The notes under the pieces were generated by a model. It was given only the letters and a program-made list of their open reading frames with translations, had not been told where the DNA came from and did not search any database. Position numbers and translations under genes: made by a program. A DNA stretch of 64,000 bases from Octopus vulgaris (lineage: Eukaryota). Location of the stretch: the NCBI GenBank assembly GCA_951406725.2, contig OX597823.1:60822001-60886000 (forward strand). The letters run 5' to 3'. The first letter of the stretch is position 1. Every line of letters begins with the position of its first letter. Shown piece by piece: positions 13,819 through 25,001 of the stretch.

Positions 13819-13857
<39 letters not shown>

Positions 13858-16800
13858 TAATTTCATGCTCTTTCTGTCTGTCTCTATCTATCGATCTGTC
13901 TGTCTACATGCATGCGTACTCACACTCACATATACAGTTCACAAATGCTTGTACACTCTACGTATACCTTTCACCTACATGTATATGTGCATTTACAGTA
14001 AATTACTTGATAATTAATGATTGTTAAAGCAGCATGAAGTTTTGGTCACATTGGTCTTAATATCTTGAGCAGGAACACAGTAAATGTCTATTGTCGTGTA
14101 AAAATTAATGTCCGTGTAGTTAGGAGTCTGATACCTTGTATGTTCAAGCATAACACTTGCTTTCTAAATTAAGCATGATGATCTCTTGGCAAAGTGCTTT
14201 TTTTTTTCTACAGGCTGTATATCACTATATCTGCTGAGAGTTTTGAGTTAGTAAGCCTACTTCATTAACTAGCCTAATACACTTCTCGGTGATAATTGAC
14301 AAATAAAGTTGAGGATGTTGGCTATGGAAAACTTGTAAAAACCTAATGAAATATCATCTCCCAGTCCTAAATATCTAATGTCTTGTGCTTACTTGAAGAA
14401 TTCATACTCACACCTTTAGCCGAGCAAAAATCATCTAACTGGAAGTCGACAGTTATTCATTACTTTATTTGCATGGCTATTGCAATTTCGACGCATTTTA
14501 ATTGTAGTTCCTTCAATTATTATGAAGCTCTGAAGTATTGCGCATAGCAGAAGTTGTAAGTTGAACAGTATGTAAAGCTATTGAAATGAAGAATTAAAAC
14601 AAGATCTGTCGAACTTAAGAATTTACTGCATATTCACATTCTCTATGATAACTGCATACTTCTAGGTCGACCAGGCTATTAGATTGAATAGTCTTGTGTA
14701 TTAAGAATTGTCTTTGTCAAAGACAGTGTAGTCCTAGTAAAGGAACCTTAACTATGGATTTTTTGTTTGGGAAGCTAATACAGAACCAACTTGACTAAAT
14801 GTAGTTCTTCAATATATATTAAAAGCTGATTATTAACAATAATTTGGGTTTAAAGTGCTAAAGCCTTGCACTAGAAAATTCAATTGTTCATTTTGTTTTA
14901 TTATTTCTATTTTGAGTAAGTTTCATTTTCTATGAAACAAAACTTTCGTATTGTGCATTAAGGAAAACCTATCCTAACATTAATGCCATAAGCTGATCTT
15001 TTTAGTTTTTATAGCTTAAGTATTATGAACTTAAGCATATCATTAAATACCATACAATATAAAAATTGTAAAGATAAACTGTATAGCAGAGAGACTTCAT
15101 ATCAATTTATCAAGATATTGAATGAAAATATAATTTCTTGAGGATAAAAAAAAAAAAGTCATTGGATTACAAATTCTATATGTCTGAAGAAATTTGTTAA
15201 ATAGGCTTTATGACATTTGTTGTAACTCACTATATGAAATGATTTTTTAAAATTTTCCTAATGTTTAATTTGATTTATTTGTTGTTTGTTTTTCTTCTGT
15301 TGAGCATGATATATTTTCATTGCATTTTATACAATATATAAAACTGGTTGACATACTATTGGATTTAATCTTTATGCTATATTTCATGAATATTACTTTA
15401 TGAAATTATAATCAACTGATTGTTTATATCTTAAAATATTACATCAGATTTTTGAAATATTTTGTATGAATTCTAAACAAAATCAAGGGTTAGACCTTAA
15501 ATGGAATGTTGATATTAAAAAAGAAAGAAAATTAAGAAAATAAGAAAACAAAAAAAAAAAACACTTTTATAATTCAGGATATTCCATTTCTAAGGTCAGT
15601 ATGCCACCAGAGCTGTTTTGATATGGGTTGCCTGGTCTGTTTCTCATATGCTAATGACCAGTGTTTAAAATCCTTGTGGCAGTCTTCCAAGATTTTGGTG
15701 TCTCATTTCTATTCCACAAACAATGCCTACTTACTTAGGGATTTTCTAATAAAAATAGCATATCTTGTTGAGGTCTGTTGAAGCTAAAATATGAATTGGC
15801 CCCCACCAAATAACTTTTAGACCTGGACTCCAGATGAACTATGCTACTCAGCTTAAACTAATCTATGATCATTTTACTGAAATCAATATATTGATGTTTC
15901 CATCTGACCTTGGCAAGGTTGAATAAATGCGTGCTTGTTTATGGCCATTTGGGCTTGTAACTCTACATTTTGTAGCATTTCATGTACCTCTTAATATTTG
16001 ATGAGTCTAAAAGTATTGTATATGTATGTGTGTGTGTCTGTTAAATGATAATCCTCTCATTCACTGATTGTCTGAGACAACAAATACAATTTAACTGCAC
16101 TAACCATGTCTAATGTTGCTATTGGCACAATTTCAAATGTGGATATATATCTCTTTCCTTAAAATGTCCAGCTTTTCAGTTAAGTTTGAAAGTTGCCTCT
16201 TGTTGTTCTGCTAGATTGTAGACAAAAGACCAGTGTTACTGACTTGTGAAAATAATTGTACTAATTAAATTATTGTCTGAATAAGTGCCAAGATGAGCAA
16301 GGAAGAAAAATGGAATGGGTGGAGGGAAAGGAAAGAGACTGTATCTGTGACCTATCACAAAGTTGACTTGAATTAAGAACTCATTGCGACCACAATATTG
16401 AGCTTTTTCACTTGGACATTTTACACAATATTAGCATCCTAACTACCAAAACTAATTAGTTAATTCATGTAAATTAGCCGTTAAAATCTAAGTCGAGATT
16501 TCTTTTAAAGCCTTTAATTACAGATTAAATGCTTTATGTGTGTGTGCCTATACATATACACACATACATGTGTGTGTGTGTGTGTGTGTATAAAATCTTG
16601 TCATATTCATATATATTTCATGTTTGAATTCTTTGTTATTAATCAGTTTGATTTTAAATTTTACACCAGTGCAAGTTTATTTCCAGCAATGACACAATGT
16701 AAATATTGGGGCTCTAAAGAGTAAACTACACAAATGAATAAAATAAAATAAAGGCTTCTCAAGCTGATGTGATGAGGGAAGCTTGGAAGCTTAGTGAATT

Positions 16801-18537
16801 TTTTTATTTTAAAAAATTTTTTTGTTTTATCTGTTTACTGAATCAGATTTAACTTGGCAACTCTATAGTGTATATATACCAAAATAGAGTGAAATCCACA
16901 TGGTAACTAAAATAAAATAGATTGTTGAAATTGTTTGTTCATGAATAATCAATTACATTATATACATGAGAACATAAATTAAGTTGGAAATACTGGATTT
17001 TGAAGAAAAAAATAGAACACTTGATATTTGTTCATTTTTTTTGGTTTAGCGTATTACCAGAAAATTGTCGTATATTTAGAATCATTGTAGTTGACTCTTC
17101 TCTTGTTTTTGGTAACATCTTTGAATACTTGCTAATAAGTCAGCAAGATCTGTTGACTGAATACTTAGGTTATGTATTAAATAGAGATATATGTTCACAG
17201 ATCTTGATGTTCTGATTTTAGGGTAATATTCATCCTGTGTTGTATATGAGGTTGTCACAGGTAAAACACCGAATTGCTAGATATAACTGGAAAATGTAGA
17301 GAAATATTTGAGGAGTGTGTGTGTGTGTGTGTGGGAGAGGTTAGCTCAAAAATAGAATAAAAATTTAGATTGTTTAACTTTGTTCAGTTGTTAGGTAAAC
17401 TTTGTATTTTAGAATTTTCTGAACTAGATACAATAAATACAAGGATGCCAGTACAGGGATAGCTTTGCAATACTGAGAAAATAGCTTTCGTTGTTTACTA
17501 TGAAACGTTTTATGAAGCAGACAAATAGGATAGTTACCAACTCAGTGTAGATTATGGATATTGTGTTAGTAGATATTTGCAAAAATAATTCGTTTACCAA
17601 ACAGCCATCGGAATATGATAGATCAAGGTCAGAGCCATGCAAGTCTGACATTGAACTAAATGTTGCAGCATGATAATCAAAGAGAATAGCTGTCTATGTT
17701 TGTGTTTCTTTTCATTTCAAATGGTCCAATGGGAGTTTTCTAATGCTTAAAATTCAGTTACTGGTCAAAGGAAAGCTGTGTTCTTAATAGGAAATATTTC
17801 TTTGATGCTGTCATTTCTAATGATTTCAGAACAAATAAATAATGTAGCATCATCCCATACATCATTGTAACTGTTGCTGCAAAGACAATATTCTATTGAT
17901 GAAATGCTATAATTCATATCAAAGAAATATATTAAGTTTTCATCATATTTTCATTTTAGAAATAGTCATAGAAGTCCTTTTATTTTTTTTTAAGCTAGTA
18001 AGTAATACATCACCTTAAATATTTGTCTGAACATTATTTCAATTGCATTTTTTAATTTTACATAAAAAATATTTTAGCTATTTTAATGGTGATTTGAATG
18101 GAAAAAAAATTATAACTTTATTTTATTGTCGCAGGCTTCATATACCTGAGAGCGTATATGTTCTATAGTATAAATGATACTAGAATATTATCTGTCATTT
18201 GATGAGTGATGTTGATAATATACTTTAGCTCTTGTAGGTAGTAACAGACAATGTAGTTAATAACAGATGATGTTAAAAGGGTACCATAATTATAACAAAT
18301 TTTTTAGTGGTTATATAAAATGATGAAATGAACAGTAATTTTTCAAATATCTATTAATTAAAATGAAATTAAATAAACCAAGTTTCACAAATGTATATTT
18401 GCCATAAATATGTTATTAATAACAATACTACTGTTTAACTATGAATTAATTATAAACGTAACTTGATATTAGCTATCGTATGGTAACACTGGTTAGTGTA
18501 TGTATGTATGTATGCTTGTGTGTGGGTATGTGTGTGC

Positions 18538-18625
18538 AACTAGATAGATACACCGAAAGATATCGTAATTAAGGGAGATAAATTCAATAAGATAAGAGTT
18601 ATCTCCCTTTGGAGGACGGACTAAC

Positions 18626-18656
<31 letters not shown>

Positions 18657-18680
18657 TTTCTAATTTATGCTAATAAATAA
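18538..18680 (-). mobile_element. Helitron/Helentron-associated non-autonomous remnant
   Basis: ACTAG terminus, inverted pair AAGGGAGATAA/TTATCTCCCTT, and a (GACA)n tract. Confidence 0.5.
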
Positions 18681-19577
18681 CTTACATATCTTCATAGAGA
18701 ATCTCTAGCAGTTAACCTAGACATCCCACACTGTGATAGATGTCAGTGTATAATATATTTAATGTGTGATGGACTGTGCGTAGTTAACCAGCTGTCACGT
18801 TCGGCCCGCGTCCAAAACCAATGCAGATGTAGGTAATTATGGGATCTTGGTTCAGTTCTTAGGACTTGTGCAGCATTTCCCCTTTCCTTTTTTTTTCCTC
18901 TTTTTACTGTAGTTGTTCATTTCAGATTTGCAAGGGGACAAATTCCTTGTGAGTTTGCTTTCTACCTTGCACCACTCAAGCAAGATAGGCTCCTCAAAGG
19001 TGAAATATTACTTGACAGTGGGATATGATGCAGTACTACTGCTGCTAAGGTAGCAGTTGCCAACCTTACTGCTAGTTGTTTGTGATCTTATCACTTTCCC
19101 CTTCATATTTTCACACACATACACACACACATTTTATTTATATATATACATATATATATGTGTATGCGTGTGTGTCACTGATGTATTTTTTATTATATAA
19201 TTTGATTACCTACTCCACTATTGTTCTCCATGTGTACAAGACATATTATCAATCTTTATAAGATTCCAACAAATTTAGAATTAATTCCAACACTACTTCT
19301 CAGCAGCTTTTCTAATGTATATTGGTAACTATGACAAAACATGGGAACTCTGTTAATGTGATTGTGTTTAAGATACCACCTATGTTCAAACATAATCTCA
19401 TTAATTTCATCCATGCATTCACATTTCACAGAATAAAAGACTTGAATCTTTTATAGTTTATCAATTCATACAATTTGTTTTCTGAGCTTGCTCCTGTGTG
19501 TGCTTGCGCAGCTACACATGATGCCAGTGAGTGGAACATTGTACGTGCACAAATGTGTGTGTGTGTGTGTGTATTAT

Positions 19578-19631
19578 CACTTCAATTATATATAAATATA
19601 TACATATATATATTTATATATAATTGAAGTG
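19578..19631. repeat. Perfect 25-bp inverted repeat with 4-nt spacer
   Basis: CACTTCAATTATATATAAATATATA-CATA-TATATATTTATATATAATTGAAGTG. Confidence 0.9.
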
Positions 19632-20299
19632 TAGGGGTGTTGTTCCAAATTTCTATGAAACTATTTTTGAATTTGAATTTATAAATGGCTTGTTTTTGGA
19701 TTTATATCAATCAATTTGCAAATTAAGTTTAATTTCTAATGCTTGCAACAATAATCTCTGTATATACATTTACAAACTTCCATAACTTGATGGACGTTAA
19801 TTTTGATTTATTCTTAATTTCTCTTTTGAAATTAATTAAATAGACACATACACACATCATAATTTACAATTTTCAAGTATGTATTCCTGTACTATTGTGT
19901 GTGTGTGTGCGTGTGTGTGTACATATATGTATGGGTGTGTGTGAGGTGTTGCTTGGTTTAATCATGTTACCATGTGAATCACAGCAAGTGAAATGTGCTG
20001 AGTGTTGACATGCAGTAGTTCCTGGCTTTGTATACAGTGCAAACAAGTAGTGTAAACATTTAAACATTGTCACTATTTTCCCACTTCTTTCTGAATTTCA
20101 CATGAAATTTTTGGTCCTTCAAAATCATTTTGACATATAAGTAGACCTACCTGATTTTGGCTGTAAATTTTAGTTGCAAAAATCTGACTGATATCCTGGA
20201 AAATGCAGTACTAGTCAAAGAGCTGATGTCTTCTGTCACTTGTGCAAATATTAATGCCTGACTTATCATTCCTTTTGTAGTTCAGTGTGCACACTTTAA

Positions 20300-21365
20300 A
20301 AAATGTGAAGAATATGCTTTTGAGGTCTGGACACAATGTAACCTTAAACATACTGGAATCCATTCGGCAAGAAACCAGCTTCAAAATTGTTGTTTAGGTA
20401 CCAAAAGGTAATAAAATAGAGCAGGCAGCACAGCAGCCAATAGAAAAGTGCCTCAGATCCCTCTGGGACATATGTTGTCAGGGAAAAAAAATTACAGCTC
20501 AATATGGGTGAGATTTCCAATAGCAGATGAGGCCAGGAAGCACTCCACAACAACCATAAGGAGTAACGAACTAATCTTTGTAGCAATCTACCTTGGCCAT
20601 AGAGTAGTAAGAATAAAGATAGTAGATTTGCCCCTAGAAGTAAACATTCATCTGGTTGATGGCGGCTGTTTTCTTTGACATAGAGGATTAAATTAATATT
20701 CAATGGATCCAGAGGTTAGAGAAACAAAATTGCTGGGCTAAGGGATTGAGCTATGATTTCAAATGTATCACCGAAGCATGGAATATTTTCTGAACCTAAA
20801 CAATATTCCAGATGACTCACAACAATTGTATGTGGCTGTTGAGTGCAGAAATTCAAGATGGCACTCCTGTGATAACAATAACCATCTCAAAGCTTTCTGG
20901 CCACAGGATTAAAAAAAAAAGGACTCCTTCATAGCAGCAACAAAAATCAGAGCAGTTTGTGATTGCAGCTGCAACAATGACAGTAGCTGCAGCACTGAAA
21001 CCAGCTGCAACCAAAGCAACAACAACAAAAACGACGGAAGCAAAATTGTCATCAACAAGTGCTGTATCACAGACAACAACTGAAAGCTCCCAAACAATAA
21101 AAAGAGAACAGAGAAGGTCCCTCCCCCCATTCTGTTAGTCAAGGAGTGAAGGTATTGCTGCTGAGAAAGGACCAAGACAAGGGTGATCACATTGATAAAT
21201 CTTTAGTCCATAACTGTGCTAAATGTCGATTCCAGAATTTTGGCCAAGGTCTTGTCAGAGAGGTTGGCACCTGACAACAGTGGTCTGATAAGTGATGCAC
21301 AAACATGAGCCATCCCAGACAGGTCTATTGACAACAACCTCCACCTCATGTAATACATCATAGAG
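20300..21365 (+). mobile_element. Decayed L1/Tx1-clade LINE (ORF1-like part joined to RT N-terminus)
   Basis: 21210-21365 translates ITVLNVDSRILAKVLSERL...ISDAQT*AIPDRSIDNNLHLM*YIIE, matching L1/Tx1 RT motifs (RPIxLLNxDxKILAK, QxxFxxGRxIxDN). The upstream boundary is uncertain. Confidence 0.8.
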
Positions 21366-21399
21366 GGGGCCGGGCAGTGGGGCGGGGTAGTTTTAATAT

Positions 21400-22370
21400 A
21401 TTTTTCATCTTCAGTTTTCTTTTACCTTTGCTCTCTTTATCCTCTTCATGTTCCTTTTTCATCAACTGTTTTCATCTTTCTGCCACCTTCTTTCATTTTG
21501 ATTTTGTTTTTTGACCTTCTTGCTTTTATGTATCTTTTTTTCTTTCATTTTACTCAATTTGCTTTTCCATTTTTCTCTTTTCTTATAATTTCTTGCTTCT
21601 GTTTTTTTTCTGTCTCCCATTTTTATTCCATCCGTCATCTTTCACTCATTCATTACTAGTCAGTTATTTATTTCAGTCATTCACCTTTCTCTTACAACCA
21701 TTCTTTATTATTTTTTTAATCTTTAACTTATTCTTTCTTCCTTCCACACATCCTACCTTTTTCCTTGTCATTTATTCATATTTTTTTATCATTCCTTTTC
21801 CAGTTTTCTTTTCTTCAATTTATTCCTTCTATTTTCCATTTCTTTTTCTTTAAACATTTCTTCCATTCTTTCATTATTTCTTCCTTTCTTTCACTTCTCA
21901 CTCTTATTCCTTTTTACTCTTGCTTTGCCAGATCAGACTGGGCCTGGTGCAGCCTCCTGGCTTCCCAGACCCCAGTTGAACCGTCCAACCCATGCTAGCA
22001 TGGAAAGCGGACGCTAATCGATGATGATGATGATGATGATCTTCCTCATTTGCTTATTGTGTGTCCATTTGTCTTTCTTTTTCCTTCCTTCCCTCCCTAC
22101 TGTCTTTCTTTCCTTCTTTTCTTTCTCTTTCTTTCCTTCTTTTCTTTCTCTTCCTCTTTCCATCTTTCTTTGGTTTTTCTTCTCTCTTCCCTTCCTTTCC
22201 TTCTCTTTTCTTTCTTTTCTCTTTTCTCTTTTCTTTCTTTCCTTCTTTCCTTCGCTTTCCTTCCTCATTACCTTCCTTTCTTTCCTTCTCTCTTTTCTTC
22301 CTTCCTTCCTTCCTTCATTCCATCTTCTTTTTCTTTCATTCTTTATTCTGTTCTTTCTTCCTTTCAATAC
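21400..22370 (+). repeat. Pyrimidine-rich low-complexity tract
   Basis: About 1 kb of T/C-dominated sequence including (TTCC)n and (TTTC)n; source of the F/L/S-rich spurious ORFs. Confidence 0.9.
21925..22040 (+). mobile_element. 3' end of a retroposon with (GAT)n tail (RTE-like)
   Basis: CCGTCCAACCCATGCTAGCATGGAAAGCGGACG followed by (GAT)n; reverse copies near 3898, 31690 and 34365. Confidence 0.7.
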
Positions 22371-22807
22371 ACTAAGAAAATTAACCCTGTCTCTAAACAA
22401 GAGCAGTCTTTATTTATTATTTGGTATCTTTCTCATTTCACAATAACCAAACAGAGTTTTAGTCAGGAAGCATTTAGCATCCTGCCTCGCTTCCCACTCC
22501 ATTTCCACATATGTGTCTCTGCATCATAAATTTAAAACAAATCAGAAATAACAAAATGTGGTGTGTGGAAGGATGACATTTAACTAAAATTGATTTATAA
22601 TATATAAAAAAAAAATTTTCTCTCCATTTTTGTATCTAAATTATCAAGTATTGTGGAGTGGATAAAAAATTGATATAAGTTACTTCAGAGTAGAAAAAAT
22701 ACAGGTGATAAATGTTTTTTTTTTTTTTTTTTTGCTATAAATAACATTAATTATACATTCACACTAGTTTGCATTTTAAAGAAATACACCATGAGAGAAA
22801 TGAGGTT

Positions 22808-23335
22808 TTCAGTCATTGGACAGCAGCCATGCTGGCGTGGGCACTACCTTGAAGGAGTTTAGTTGAAGCAATCAGCCCCAGGATTTCCTTTTTAAAGCCT
22901 GTTACTTATTCTATCAGTTGTTTATGCTGAACTGCTAAGTTACAGGGAGGAATGTAAACAAACCATTGATGGCTGTCAAGTGGTGGTGGAGGACGAACAC
23001 AACTTTAAACACACACACACACATGCGTGCACGCATGTGAAGGTGCATGGCTCAGTGGTTAGAGCATCGGGCTCACAATCTTCAGATTGTGAGTTCAATT
23101 CCCAGACCGCGCTGTGTGTTGTGATCTTGAGCAAGAGACATTATTTGATGTTGCTCCAGTTCACTCAGCTATAGAAATGAGTTGCAACATGACTAGTGCC
23201 AAGCTGTATCAGCCCTTGCCTTTCCCTAAACAACCTTGCCTAGACTTGTGCCTCGGAGGGAAATTTTCCAGGTGCATCTCATGGTCATTCATGACCGAAG
23301 GGCGTCTTTACCCTTTTTATTATACATGTATATAT

Positions 23336-23401
<66 letters not shown>

Positions 23402-23414
23402 ATATATATATGTG

Positions 23415-23451
<37 letters not shown>

Positions 23452-23822
23452 GCATACACAGACACACACACATACACAGTAATGTTTGCTTTTATGCTCA
23501 GGTATGATAAAAGCAATTTTACATTAATCTGATGTCTATGCAATACTTTTGTAGAGTACAAATTTATATTCTGAAACAAGAGTGTTTTTGACAGTGACTT
23601 CGAAGTTTTGGCCAGCTAAGCCATATATATTTACATGACAATCTTCTTTCAGTTTCTTTTTTTTTTTTTTATGAAATCCACTCACAAGGTTTTGGTTGAT
23701 CTGGGATGGTGGGGGTTATACTAAAAGATGCTTGCTGAGGGTGCCATTCCATGGGGCTGAACAACTGAACACAGGAACATGCGGTTTGGAAGCAAGCTTC
23801 TTACCACACATCCATGCTTGCG
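22808..23822 (-). mobile_element. SINE family A split by a nested insertion (tail 22808-23020, head 23640-23822)
   Basis: Both halves are recognisable around a forward SINE and a (TA)n tract. Confidence 0.7.
23037..23320 (+). mobile_element. tRNA-derived SINE family C
   Basis: A box TGGCTCAGTGG, B box GAGTTCAATTC, then TCTTGAGCAAG...GCTCCAGTTCACTCAGCT; degraded relatives at 39248-39380 (+) and 36040-36155 (-). Confidence 0.8.
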
Positions 23823-23871
23823 CATATAAGTTTGATATTTGAAACATTAGACAAATCTAATCAAATACTTG

Positions 23872-24094
23872 TAAGAGAGGTTGCTGAAAAATTCCTGGAT
23901 TTAGGAAAAAGAAAATACTAGAGGATCAGTTAATTATGATTTTATTCAACATATTTCCCTCCCAGATTCAGACACTTATTGCAGTAGTCCTTCAGTTTTT
24001 CTCAGCCCTGTAAAAGAACTTGGAACATTGGGTCTCCAACCAGGCCTTTTGCAGTACCCTTAAAGCCAGAAACTTTTCCACACCCCCTCATGTA
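23872..24094. mobile_element. Mariner-type MITE
   Basis: Imperfect TIRs GAGGTTGCTGAAAAATTCCTGG / CCAGAAACTTTTCCACACCCCCTC with TA flanks. Confidence 0.7.
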
Positions 24095-24206
24095 TATTCA
24101 CATCTGTTACTAATTTAATTAACTCCTTATTTATTTATGAATTTACTTCAGTTTTTGTTAATACATAAGTTTTGTTTGAAAAATGACATTTTTCAACTAT
24201 TTTGTG

Positions 24207-24580
24207 TTATTACCTCCACTTTAGCAAAGGCAGAGTTATTGTTTTCAGTCATGTTTGTTTGTTTGTTTGTCTGTGGACAAAATATCTCAAGAACCGCTGA
24301 ATGGATTCAGATGAAACTTTCAGGGATGTTTGCCCTCATGACTGGCATGAACTGCTTAGATTTTGGAATCAATCACTTACCGGACAAAGATTCTGAATTA
24401 CTTTTCTGGTTTTTTTTACTTACTTTTTGAGAGTAGTTGAGTTCATTTTTCGTATTCCCGTTTGTGAGGGCAGTCAAGTTTATTTCAGATATTCTCATTT
24501 TAAAAATATTCTCTGGCTAATCATTGAGAGGATGTTGCTGTTGCCTTGACGGAGGTTTGAGCTCTCTGAGTGCTCTTGTT
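24207..24580 (+). mobile_element. Helentron-associated interspersed element (HINE/DINE-1-like)
   Basis: 5' TTATTACCTCC, (GTTT)n tract, 3' sub-TIR GGAGGT followed by hairpin GAGCTCTCTGAGTGCTC, in a T-rich site. Confidence 0.75.
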
Positions 24581-24864
24581 TTTTTATTATTTTACATCAC
24601 TTTTATAATTATTAAAATTTTTGAATTATTTTATTTGAATTATCACTAAATACTTAAATACTTTTGAAGGTTGGAAAGTACAGATGTTCATTCAAAAAAA
24701 TGGTGCTTATTTTAATCTACATTTCAGTAATGTTTAAAGCTTTCAGAGGTGGAGGGGCAAGAGCATGCATATATTTATATGTTCGTCAAAATGTATGTGT
24801 TTTAACATATATGTGCGCACACACATAAATGCACTCACACCCACATTGGAACTTGGTAGATAGA

Positions 24865-25001
24865 TTCTGTCTAACAGATTCATTCACAAGGTGTCGTTTG
24901 GCCTAGGGCTATAGTTGAAAACACTTGCTCAGGATGCAGTGCTCTGGGACTGAACCTCACATTACATGTTTACCAAGAGCAGTATGTAATCACACAGCCA
25001 T
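24865..25001 (-). mobile_element. SINE family A head, degraded
   Basis: CACAAGG...GGCTATAG...CACTTGCTCAGG...GGGACTGAACC. Confidence 0.7.

Noticed and set aside
14176-14237. C/D box snoRNA (ATGATGA...CTGA)
   Set aside because: The interior is a poly-T acceptor-like tract with no recognisable guide and a weak terminal stem.
23037-23115. tRNA gene
   Set aside because: A and B boxes are present but the acceptor stem is not formed and the sequence runs into a SINE body.
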